Below, one piece after another: positions 16,836 to 26,192 of a stretch of DNA of 55,720 bases. A model generated the notes under the pieces. The model was given only the letters and a program-made list of their open reading frames with translations, did not search any database and was not told the origin of the DNA. Position 1 is the first letter of the stretch; every line of letters starts with the position of its first letter. The position numbers and the translations under genes are program-made. Where the stretch lies: IMG/VR virus record IMGVR_UViG_3300023181_000007, positions 1 to 55,720 of that record. One strand, 5' to 3'. This stretch comes from a virus (taxonomy: Duplodnaviria > Caudoviricetes).

Positions 16836-18395
16836 ATGGAAAAGAGTTTATTTATTGAATTAGTAGTAAAGTATTTTGCTAGTTATATACTACGCTTAAC
16901 TACTTTCATCAATGACAAAGAGGGCACTCAACGTTATTGGTTTGCTGAAATGCTTGATAAGCAATACACGCCGGACCTGAAATGGACCAACATTAGTATC
17001 AATGATCGTGCGGTTATGGCCGACGTTGTTGCGCTTGATGCTAATTTCCCACTTAAAAAGAGAGGGCGTTTATCTACTGCATCAGGTGAAATTACCAAAC
17101 TAGCTACAAAAAGAACGCTTAACGAGACTCAAATGAGCGAGATTATACGTTTACAGGATAGCCGTTTTGGTACTGAAACCCAAATTGCACAAATTCTATT
17201 TGCAGACACCAAAGCTGTTGTTGTTAGTATTTGGGAGCGTATAGAATATATGTATTTACAAGGTCTATCATCAGGTTTTTACGCTGTTGAGCAAGAAAAT
17301 AATGTTGGCTTGAGCGAAATCAGGGTTAACCTTGGTTTACCTGAATCTCAAAGATTTGGCGCGGTTGTAAAATGGAGCGATCCATTGGCTAAACCAATCG
17401 ATGATATTGAAAGAGTGCTACAAAATCAGACGGACAACAATAAACGTAAGTCGGCCGCTATTATGATGGATCGTTCTACTTGGTTTGCCTTTAGATCAAA
17501 CGAGCAAGTTAAACAATACATTGCGGGTTACTTGAGGTATCAAATAGCTGATAATTTAGCAACTCCACAACTTGAGGTTGTAAATGAGTTCTTGAGTAAA
17601 GAATACGGCTTAACAATTGTTATTGTAGACAGAAGCGTTGTATTTGAGAAAAACAACCAAGAGCAATCTTTCAACTGTTGGACTCCTAACGCTGTTGTAT
17701 TTGTGCCACAACTTAGAGGTATAGGTAAATTATTCCATAGTACACTTGCGGCGGAGGCTTTCCCGGATGAGACTAGAAGCCAACAAAAAGTTGATGGATA
17801 TATTATTGTTCAGAAATACAGCGAAAGAGGTGATACGCCTTTTGAAGTAACAAGCTCTCAAGCATTGGCCGTACCGGTTCCGGATATGTTTAACGTTTGG
17901 ATTCTTGATACAGAAGAGGCGGAGGACACTAGCGACGCAAGCCAAACAGAGGGTGACGATAGTATTAACATCTTTGGAGGCTCTATTGTTTCAAAAACCA
18001 AAGTAATAAACGCTCTTAACTCTATGGGTGTAACAGTTGCAAGCAATTCAACTGATAAAAATATCATTAAAAAAGTAAATGCTTTGAGTGATGAGCAAAA
18101 AGAGCAACTACAATTTGCGCTTGAGATTCCGGTTGTAGTCGTTGAGGATGATAACACCGTTACAACAAACTCAACAACTCTATCAGCAACAGCAACACCG
18201 GCAACAGGTAAAACTATCGCTTCAACTCTTTGGAGTAAAGTAAGCGGAGGCGCGGCAACAATCACAACGGCGGCGGCACTTACCACAACCGTAACCGGAT
18301 TAGTTGAGGGTGTATATGTGTTCAAGCTTACAGCAACGGACAGCGCGGGAACCGTTTCAAGTGATACGGTAACAATAACTGTTGATTTACCATAA
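16836..18395 (+). CDS. major capsid protein (lambda gpE-like) with C-terminal PKD/Ig-like domain
   Basis: MADVVALD, ERIEYMYLQGLSSG, KWSDPLAKPIDDI; C-terminal WSKVSG...GLVEGVYVFKLTATDSAG. Confidence 0.88.
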   Translation: MEKSLFIELVVKYFASYILRLTTFINDKEGTQRYWFAEMLDKQYTPDLKWTNISINDRAVMADVVALDANFPLKKRGRLSTASGEITKLATKRTLNETQMSEIIRLQDSRFGTETQIAQILFADTKAVVVSIWERIEYMYLQGLSSGFYAVEQENNVGLSEIRVNLGLPESQRFGAVVKWSDPLAKPIDDIERVLQNQTDNNKRKSAAIMMDRSTWFAFRSNEQVKQYIAGYLRYQIADNLATPQLEVVNEFLSKEYGLTIVIVDRSVVFEKNNQEQSFNCWTPNAVVFVPQLRGIGKLFHSTLAAEAFPDETRSQQKVDGYIIVQKYSERGDTPFEVTSSQALAVPVPDMFNVWILDTEEAEDTSDASQTEGDDSINIFGGSIVSKTKVINALNSMGVTVASNSTDKNIIKKVNALSDEQKEQLQFALEIPVVVVEDDNTVTTNSTTLSATATPATGKTIASTLWSKVSGGAATITTAAALTTTVTGLVEGVYVFKLTATDSAGTVSSDTVTITVDLP

Positions 18396-18398
18396 CAA

Positions 18399-18974
18399 AT
18401 GCATACACAAACCACAATAGAGTATTTGATGAGTTGCGTTGGTTGGAATGATCCGATTAACATGCCTATTGATGGTGCTATATCGGATGAAAACAAAGAA
18501 TCGCTAACAGGACGTTTATTTAAAGATTTTCACCAATTAACACTTAGTGAGGATATTTATAAAACAGGAGGCGACGATGTTTTAACCATAGAACAACTAA
18601 ATACTCTATTACTTGGTTTTAAAAAGGCCGGAGCATTAGAAACTCTAACCCTAATCTTTAACAACAGCCCTCGTTATGATCCCTTACAGGATTACGAGGG
18701 CACAGTTGTTAAATACCAAGGCGTTATATCACAGGTTTACGGCTTGGTTGTCTGCAAGCTTGCTTTACAAATGATGGCAACATCAAAGCGTGTTAATGAT
18801 ACGGAACGTAAAACCAAATACGGCTTACTTAAAACAGAGTTGGAGGGTGTGCGTAATGAGCAAGGGATTATTGTTTCGCGAGGGGTAATTGGCAATTTGG
18901 CCAATGCAGTTTTTAAAGCTCAAGAGATAATTTTTCCCCAACCGATTGAAATAATAGCGGAAAATCTTTGGTAA
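18399..18974 (+). CDS. putative head-tail adaptor
   Basis: Synteny after the MCP; size. Confidence 0.5.
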   Translation: MHTQTTIEYLMSCVGWNDPINMPIDGAISDENKESLTGRLFKDFHQLTLSEDIYKTGGDDVLTIEQLNTLLLGFKKAGALETLTLIFNNSPRYDPLQDYEGTVVKYQGVISQVYGLVVCKLALQMMATSKRVNDTERKTKYGLLKTELEGVRNEQGIIVSRGVIGNLANAVFKAQEIIFPQPIEIIAENLW

Positions 18975-19507
18975 TGACAGGAACAAACAACACCATATTA
19001 GAGCCTAAAGGGAGTGATTTTGTTATTCAAAGACTTCAAAACAGATTATTCAAGGATCTTGATTGGGAAGATATTCAAATGTTCGGAAGAGCATCAAAAA
19101 TACCTTACCCGGAGGAAAAAACAAGGTTTTCGCCTCAAGTATGTAAAAGCAACGGCGAATATATAGACCCGTTATTATCAGATTCTAATAATGGAAATGT
19201 TTTTTTTGTCTTAGGAGACAGAGCAACCACAACGGAGGGTTTTTTGTACAAAATAGAGTGTAAAATAATATTTATGCTTAATCTGAAAAAAGTATATAGC
19301 ACTTACGTTGGTCGTGCTGACGAAAAGGCACATGAGGACGTTGTTAGTGTTTTAAAAGGTCAACAAAATATTGCTATTACTTCTATCGGGACCGGATTAA
19401 AGGAATGTTTGGGAGAGTTTGACACAGAAAATATAAAATTTACAGATGTTCACCCTAACCATATATTTTGCATAACCGGACAACTTTCTTATAGTGTAAC
19501 GTGCTAA
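18974..19507 (+). CDS. putative tail terminator/neck protein
   Basis: TAATG coupling at 18974; located before the tail tube gene. Confidence 0.5.
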   Translation: MTGTNNTILEPKGSDFVIQRLQNRLFKDLDWEDIQMFGRASKIPYPEEKTRFSPQVCKSNGEYIDPLLSDSNNGNVFFVLGDRATTTEGFLYKIECKIIFMLNLKKVYSTYVGRADEKAHEDVVSVLKGQQNIAITSIGTGLKECLGEFDTENIKFTDVHPNHIFCITGQLSYSVTC

Positions 19508-19523
19508 AAATAATAATGAAAAT

Positions 19524-20444
19524 ATGAGAAATTTAGATCACAACTTTATGACGCCTTTTTTATGCATGGCAATCATAAATGAGCTTTGCGGCTCCGACAC
19601 CTCAAAGCCTAAAAATACCGGGTTTTCAGGTAAACAATGTTTGGAGGGGCTAATGGAAAAGGTAGCGGTTGCCCGTGATGGGTTTTCGTTCGATTCATTA
19701 GCTGATTTCAAGGATAAAGATAAATGGCTTGAGGCAATTGCTAACAAAGATATTGTTCCATTGTTCGACGCTTACGTTGTTACTCCTGCTAACACAGATG
19801 CAACACAGTACACCGTTGGAAACTTCTCTTTTGAAACTGCATCGGCTGTTAAGATCACTACTTTCGAGAGTTATCTTGGTTTTTGTTCCCACGCGGCACT
19901 TAAATCGTATGCTAATTCTGAATATACACAGGTTTTCGAGTTCAACAATGATGGTTCGATTCTTGGAGTAGGTAACGAGGACGGAAGCGTAAAAGGCCAA
20001 GACCTTAAAGACTTAAACGTTGGAATCAGGACCATTGCAACGAGCGACAAACCGGCAACAACTTTGGTAAGATTAACTTACAAAGATTATAACCAACTTG
20101 AGGACAACGCGGTTGTAATAAAACCATCTTGGAGCCCGGCAGACATTGACGGTATATTTGATGTTGAATTAGAGTTTGTTAGTGCAACAGCTACAACAAT
20201 CAAATTTAAAGCTACAAGAGAGTGCGGTCATGCTCCTGTATTAGTTCTAACAACAGCCGATGTTGTTGTGAAAAATGCCTCCGGAGTAGTTCAAACAACT
20301 AGTTTTGTAGGTGCTGACGCTAACGGAGTTTATACTTTAACCGGTACTGCATTTGCTACAGGTTACACAGTAGAAATTGACGGAGTTGTTACGGTTGTTG
20401 ATACACTTTATGAGGGTGTTGAGCCAATGCCAATAACAGTTTAA
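19524..20444 (+). CDS. major tail (tube) protein with C-terminal beta-rich domain; start may be 19566
   Basis: Synteny, Thr/Val-rich C-terminus, followed by a terminator. Confidence 0.65.
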   Translation: MRNLDHNFMTPFLCMAIINELCGSDTSKPKNTGFSGKQCLEGLMEKVAVARDGFSFDSLADFKDKDKWLEAIANKDIVPLFDAYVVTPANTDATQYTVGNFSFETASAVKITTFESYLGFCSHAALKSYANSEYTQVFEFNNDGSILGVGNEDGSVKGQDLKDLNVGIRTIATSDKPATTLVRLTYKDYNQLEDNAVVIKPSWSPADIDGIFDVELEFVSATATTIKFKATRECGHAPVLVLTTADVVVKNASGVVQTTSFVGADANGVYTLTGTAFATGYTVEIDGVVTVVDTLYEGVEPMPITV

Positions 20445-20452
20445 TAAAAATC

Positions 20453-20479
20453 AAGGGGCTGTTAACGCAGCCCTTTTTT
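20453..20479 (+). terminator. intrinsic terminator after the tail tube gene
   Basis: GGGCTG-TTAACG-CAGCCC plus T-run. Confidence 0.85.
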
Positions 20480-20494
20480 AAATTTAATATTATC

Positions 20495-20716
20495 ATGAAA
20501 AAAGCAAAAAAACAGATCGGGCCAAGTTACGGAAACATAACGTTTGCCATTGGCTATAATAAAACGTTACCGGAGTTTGAAAAAGAGTTTTCCGATATGG
20601 AAATATTCAAAAACATGCCGGAAGTTGAGAGAAAAATAGAACTTGAAAAAGCTCATAAAATTGCAACCGATGGCAACACTACTAAAGCAGTTGGCACGAG
20701 CCAAACAGGTAAATAA
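20495..20716 (+). CDS. hypothetical tail-region protein
   Basis: ORF after the terminator. Confidence 0.6.
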   Translation: MKKAKKQIGPSYGNITFAIGYNKTLPEFEKEFSDMEIFKNMPEVERKIELEKAHKIATDGNTTKAVGTSQTGK

Positions 20717-21146
20717 AAACGAGCTTATAGTAGATATTGTTACAGTCATTAGAAAGTTAGAAAAGGTTTTTGTTGATAAAAATATATCTCAAATTTATGA
20801 TGATAGTTCGGATATTTTCGGGAATGCATTAGGGTTTTATTCAGAGGCGACGGAGTATATAACCACAAACCGGGCATTGTTAGGCCAAGACGGGGAGATA
20901 AAACAAGCCGGGGAACCTTACACGGGAAAAGACACCGGTGATTGGTTCAAAGGTTTTTACATGAGGGTAAGCGGTGATACTTTGTTTTTTGGTTCTGACG
21001 ACCCTAAGACCGACGAAATATTAAAGGGGGAACATTGGTTATCAACACAATTTTTTGGGCTTACTGACGACAATTTAAAGGGAGTAATTGAGCAATCAAT
21101 ACTCCCTTTGTTTCTTTCTGCTATAAGGGTAAAATTATCAATATGA
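20670..21146 (+). CDS. putative neck/tail completion protein
   Basis: KDTGDWFKGF motif resembles gp10-like proteins; start revised to ATG 20670. Confidence 0.5.
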   Translation: MATLLKQLARAKQVNKNELIVDIVTVIRKLEKVFVDKNISQIYDDSSDIFGNALGFYSEATEYITTNRALLGQDGEIKQAGEPYTGKDTGDWFKGFYMRVSGDTLFFGSDDPKTDEILKGEHWLSTQFFGLTDDNLKGVIEQSILPLFLSAIRVKLSI

Positions 21147-21200
21147 GATTGTAAATCATAAATACCGTAATTTTACAATCAAATACATATTGATAATATT

Positions 21201-21770
21201 ATGATATACAAAAGATTTGATACAATCCCCTATAAAATGCTAATAGAAATATTATCAACAGGGGATTTTAAATTATTATCGGATGAGGAAACCCCGGAGG
21301 AGGAATTAAAAGATATTTGGGAGTCAATCGAAAGGGAGTATATGCAGCAAAACCCAACCGACAATGAGGAGAAAATAATAAAATACACAAAAGAGGTTTA
21401 TTATTTTGAGACGAAGCACAAGCAAGTTTTAACCTTTTGCGAGGTTCTTAAATTTGACTATGATAGTGAAGTTGTGGAAATACTTAAAAATTACGGTTAT
21501 AGCATTGATCACCACAATTATCTTGAAAGAGTCCCGGTTGTAGAAAGAGAGGCAAACGCTTTACTTGATAAGGCTATGAAGTTTCAAAATATGATTCCAA
21601 AAACCGAACCGGGTAAACGTGTAACGGTTGATGAAATGTTAGCAAGTTACGGCGCAATACTTCAAATAGATTTTGATTATAATACGGTAACAGCTTCTAA
21701 GGTTGTTGCTTTAGGCAAACAAATTGATCTTAAGGTGAAAGCCTTGGAGCGATCACAAATTAACCAATAA
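21201..21770 (+). CDS. putative tail assembly chaperone
   Basis: Directly upstream of the tape measure gene. Confidence 0.45.
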   Translation: MIYKRFDTIPYKMLIEILSTGDFKLLSDEETPEEELKDIWESIEREYMQQNPTDNEEKIIKYTKEVYYFETKHKQVLTFCEVLKFDYDSEVVEILKNYGYSIDHHNYLERVPVVEREANALLDKAMKFQNMIPKTEPGKRVTVDEMLASYGAILQIDFDYNTVTASKVVALGKQIDLKVKALERSQINQ

Positions 21771-21782
21771 CATCTTTTAGCT

Positions 21783-24700
21783 ATGGCAGGAAAGGACGGA
21801 ATAATTACGTTAAAGGACATCATTACAAATGATGCTCTTAGTTTTGGTGACATATACGCCAAAAACGTTGAGACAGCTATAAAAGCCAATGAAAAACTTA
21901 AACAATCCGCCAAAGGATTGAGTGAGGTTATGGATTTATATAGGTCGTCAGATACAAATTATAAATTAATAGAAACAAAAAATAAAGAAAAAACAGCTAT
22001 CGACTCCATTACTCAAGCCTTGCGGGATGAAGTACTAGCCATAAAAGAAATAACTCAAGCAAGGCAAGAACAACTTGCGGTTGAAAAAGCTCTTGACGCT
22101 GTAAATTCAGCAAGAAAAAAAACAAAGAGTAATGATTACGCCAAGGCTCTTGAGGAGGAGGCTCTAAATCACAAAAAAATAACTAACGCGATAAAAGAAC
22201 AAGAGTTGTCCGAAAAGGCTCTTGAGAAAGTAAAACAGGAAAAAAATAAGACTCAAAAACAAGAGGAGGCCGCTATTAAACGCAATACGGTGCTCACAGA
22301 AGAGGAAAAAATACAAAACCAACTATTACGTAAGGAAAAGGCATTGCAAGCCCGTGAGAACCTTGGATTGGTTGGTGCCTATGAAAAATTAAACAGAGAG
22401 AGAACCAAGGCGCAAAGAGTTCTTGCCGACTTATTGGCAGCAGAGGAAAAGGACACCCGCGCTATTATTAAGGCGCAAAGAGAATACGATGTTTTAAACT
22501 CAAGGGTGCAATCAGTTGACAAAGCCGTTGATATATTTTCTAAAAATATAGGTAATTACGGGAGCGCGTTTGGTGGTTTTGGTGATCTGCTTCAAACATT
22601 AACCGCCGCCTTTGGAGTTGCAACGGGAATACAACTATTTTCCGATGCTGTAACCAAGGCTAAAGATATATTAATAAACTACGAAAAAGAGGTTGTTAAT
22701 TTGGCGGCTATTGCCGGGCATACAAGAGAAGAGATTAAACCGCTTGAGGACACTATTCAAGATGTTGCGGCCGCAAGTATTAACAGCGCAACAGATGTAG
22801 CGAAATTGGCAACGGAGTTAATTAAATTAGGTTCAACCCCGGAAGAGGCCGCAAAGCTTCTAAAGCCTGTAAATGATTTATCATTAGCGTTGCAAGCGTC
22901 GGCGGAGGATGCCGCAACACTTGTAAAATCTTTACTTAATGCTTACGGAGAGGGTGCCGATCAAGCCGCAAGATATACAGATGTGTTAGCAGAAAGCGCA
23001 AACCGTTCGGCTTTGGATTTCCAAGGCTTAAGGGATGCATTCAGTTATTTAGCACCAACAGCAAAAACATTAGGTTTCTCTTTAGAAAAAACAGCCGCAT
23101 TGCTTGGGGTTCTTGCTGATAACGGTATTAAGGCGGAAAGTGCCGGGCGTTTAACTTCAACAGCCTTGGCAAGACTTGCCGGGAACGGCCTAACTCTTGA
23201 GGATGCTTTAGATAAGATAAATAAAGTACAAAGAGAATCTAACGATGAGCTGAAAGTTGCAGCAGTTGCCGCCGACTTATTCGGTGCGGAGGCTTTAAAG
23301 GTTGGTATTATATTAGCCAACAACAGAGAAAAGATAGACGAAAATACAATAGCTTATCAAAACTCAAGGGGTGCATTAGAAGAGCTTACCAACAAACAGC
23401 TTAAAAGCCTTGACGCTCAATTAGAAATCTTAGATAGTTCTTTTGAGGATTATATTATAAAGCTAAATGAAAGTACAGGCTTTACAGATTCATTTACAAA
23501 GGTTGTTAAGTTCCTAGCTTCAAACCTTGATACAATTATTGATGTAGCTTTTCAAGCAGTTGCGGCGTTTGTGGTTTATAAAACTGTAATGTTAGCATCG
23601 TCAGCAGCTACAAAAATACAAACAGCCTCTATTTATGCTCAAATACTTGCACAGGCTTTAATGACTAACGGGATAAAAGGATTGAGGGCGGAATTAACGG
23701 CTTTATCAGCTACAACAAAATTAAATCCTTATGCTTTAATTATAACGGCAACCATTGGTTTGATTTATTATTTAACCACGTTACAAAAGTCATTGGCACA
23801 AACAACAGCCGAAACCAAAAAAAATACCGATGCTTTTTTAAAAAATAGGGATATTCAGGAAAACAACATTGATCAAACCGAAAAACTTGCAGATAGATAC
23901 GATGAGTTAAGCGGAAAAGTCAACCTTACAACGAAAGAGCAAACAGAACTTGCAGAGATTACAAAGGTTTTAGGTAAGTTGGTACCGGATGCAACTACTA
24001 ATATAAATAAGTATGGAGAGGCTTTGGTTATTAGTTCCGATAAAATAAGGGAGTATGTTAAGTTACAAAAAGAAGTTCTTGCGCTAAAGACAGATGTTGA
24101 GCTTGATAAAAATGTTAAATTGCTTTCAAAACTACAAAGTGAGCAAGGCCGTTTTAATCAAGCGGTTGACTCAAGCAAGAGCACACAGGCATTTTTGGAA
24201 TCCTTGGGCAATAGCTACAAAACCATAAACGGCCGCTTAAGTGTTAGGAATGATTTATTAGGTACCTATAGCGAGTTATCCAAAGAAGAGCTATTATTAT
24301 TTAAACAGGCGGCGCTTAAAAATGAGACCGAAATAGCACAAACAGAAAACAGGATTAAGGCGTTAAAAAGGCTTCAAGATCAAGCGCAAGCAACTAATAA
24401 AGCAACGACCGGGAGCGCAACCCCTGACGCTACAGGAAAAGGCAGGACTATAGAGGTTATTGATGCCGAAATAAAAGCGGAGGAGGATAGGATAGATTCT
24501 CTTACTTACGTTACTAGGGCGGAGGGCCAATTAATAGATAAGCGTGTTGCAGCCCTTAAAAAGGAGAGAGAGGCAATTTATAGCACCTCAAAGGCTCAAA
24601 AAGACGCTAAAAAAATAAGGGAGGATTATCTAGCAAATCTTAAAAAGACCGATGAGGATGCGTTCAATTTAGCGGTGTTTAGGCTAAACAGAATAAAAGA

Positions 24701-26189
24701 TCAAAATGATGATGTTCTTGAAAACATTGATAGCGGTTACCAAGATCAAGCCGACGCAATTATACAAAACGAGGCCGTTTTAAAAGCTATAGCGGAGGAA
24801 AATGTTGAGAAAAGGCTTAAGGAAATAAGCCGTTACAATGACAAAGTTAGAGATTTGACAGACCAAGAAATTTCTATTTTGATTAACGGCGGTACAATCA
24901 AGAAAAAGCTGAATAATGAGGAAATATTAGCCTTGGAGCAATTCCAAAAGGAAAAGCAAGAGATTGTTTTAAAAGGCGAAAAAGACATTGACGCTCTACA
25001 GTTAAAAAACTTTGAGAAAAACCTTAAGGAGCAACTTAGGCAAAATGATCTTGCTATCAATAATGATCTTATTGCGGAAAATGATAGATATAATGCGGAG
25101 GATATTACTTTAATAAACAGGGAGGTAAAAACCGAGGAGCATGAGAAAAAGATTGCGGAGATTAAAAAGAAATACGCAATACAGGCTTTAAAAGATCAGA
25201 TTGCCGCAATGGAGGTTTTATTGTCAACTGAAACCGTTACGGCCGAAAAAAGAAAAGAGGTTGAAACCGACATTTCAAACAAGAAAAAAGAATTATCCGA
25301 TCTAACATTAAAATTTCAAACTGATACGGCTAAAAGTTACAAAGAACTTATTCTTGGAGAGGAATTAAGTGAGGAGGGCAAAAAGCAACGCCTTATTGAA
25401 TTGGCTCAAGAATTAAAAGACAGCTTAATTAGTTTATCAACTGCAATATTTGACGCAAGAATACAGAAAATTGACGATGAAATTGCAGCTAATGAGGAAT
25501 ATTACAACAGACAATTAGAGCTTGCCGGTAATGATCAAAGGCAAAAAGATTTAATTGAAGCGGAGGCCGAAAAGAAACGCCAACAACTTGAAAAGAAAAA
25601 GCGTGAAGAGCAAAGAAAACAGGCGGTTTTTGAAAAGGCTCTTAAAATAACCGATGTTATTGCCTCAACTGCTTTAGGTATAATGCAAGCTTATGCGCAA
25701 TTAGGCCCTATTCTTGGAAATGTGGGAGCCGCAATTGTTGGGGCTATAGGAGCTATTCAATTAGCCGCTATCATTGCAACGCCTATCCCGAAATATAAAG
25801 GAGGTCGTAAAGGCGGACCCGCTGAAACGGCTATTGTTGGTGATGGAGGAGTTAGTGAGGTCATTGAGAGCACCGACGGAAATGTTAGATATACACCAAG
25901 TAAATCAACATTAGTACACTTACAACAGGGTGACACGGTTCACAGTTCAAAAGAAGCCTATAGAAAAGATTTACGATCACGAATGTTAGATCAAGCCGAA
26001 AGAGACAGCCAACGAATCCAAGGTTATCATCAAATAATGGTTGTTGAGAAAAACCACGATAAGTTAGAGGCCAAGATAGAGGCCGGAATTGATCGAGGTT
26101 TCAAAAAAGCTAAAATTAATATTAACAATACATTGCCAAAAATAGATATTGATCATTTGTTTTGGGCGCGTAATAATGTAAAATGGTAA
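21783..26189 (+). CDS. tail tape measure protein (TP901-family core)
   Basis: 1468 aa, helical; LADNGIKAESAGR core; TM segments; PKYKGG C-terminal motif. Confidence 0.92.
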   Translation: MAGKDGIITLKDIITNDALSFGDIYAKNVETAIKANEKLKQSAKGLSEVMDLYRSSDTNYKLIETKNKEKTAIDSITQALRDEVLAIKEITQARQEQLAVEKALDAVNSARKKTKSNDYAKALEEEALNHKKITNAIKEQELSEKALEKVKQEKNKTQKQEEAAIKRNTVLTEEEKIQNQLLRKEKALQARENLGLVGAYEKLNRERTKAQRVLADLLAAEEKDTRAIIKAQREYDVLNSRVQSVDKAVDIFSKNIGNYGSAFGGFGDLLQTLTAAFGVATGIQLFSDAVTKAKDILINYEKEVVNLAAIAGHTREEIKPLEDTIQDVAAASINSATDVAKLATELIKLGSTPEEAAKLLKPVNDLSLALQASAEDAATLVKSLLNAYGEGADQAARYTDVLAESANRSALDFQGLRDAFSYLAPTAKTLGFSLEKTAALLGVLADNGIKAESAGRLTSTALARLAGNGLTLEDALDKINKVQRESNDELKVAAVAADLFGAEALKVGIILANNREKIDENTIAYQNSRGALEELTNKQLKSLDAQLEILDSSFEDYIIKLNESTGFTDSFTKVVKFLASNLDTIIDVAFQAVAAFVVYKTVMLASSAATKIQTASIYAQILAQALMTNGIKGLRAELTALSATTKLNPYALIITATIGLIYYLTTLQKSLAQTTAETKKNTDAFLKNRDIQENNIDQTEKLADRYDELSGKVNLTTKEQTELAEITKVLGKLVPDATTNINKYGEALVISSDKIREYVKLQKEVLALKTDVELDKNVKLLSKLQSEQGRFNQAVDSSKSTQAFLESLGNSYKTINGRLSVRNDLLGTYSELSKEELLLFKQAALKNETEIAQTENRIKALKRLQDQAQATNKATTGSATPDATGKGRTIEVIDAEIKAEEDRIDSLTYVTRAEGQLIDKRVAALKKEREAIYSTSKAQKDAKKIREDYLANLKKTDEDAFNLAVFRLNRIKDQNDDVLENIDSGYQDQADAIIQNEAVLKAIAEENVEKRLKEISRYNDKVRDLTDQEISILINGGTIKKKLNNEEILALEQFQKEKQEIVLKGEKDIDALQLKNFEKNLKEQLRQNDLAINNDLIAENDRYNAEDITLINREVKTEEHEKKIAEIKKKYAIQALKDQIAAMEVLLSTETVTAEKRKEVETDISNKKKELSDLTLKFQTDTAKSYKELILGEELSEEGKKQRLIELAQELKDSLISLSTAIFDARIQKIDDEIAANEEYYNRQLELAGNDQRQKDLIEAEAEKKRQQLEKKKREEQRKQAVFEKALKITDVIASTALGIMQAYAQLGPILGNVGAAIVGAIGAIQLAAIIATPIPKYKGGRKGGPAETAIVGDGGVSEVIESTDGNVRYTPSKSTLVHLQQGDTVHSSKEAYRKDLRSRMLDQAERDSQRIQGYHQIMVVEKNHDKLEAKIEAGIDRGFKKAKININNTLPKIDIDHLFWARNNVKW

Positions 26190-26192
26190 ATT

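Noticed and set aside
20495-21770. Programmed frameshift in tail chaperone genes
   Set aside because: No convincing slippery site linking frames; the 20495/20670 overlap is explained by an independent ATG.
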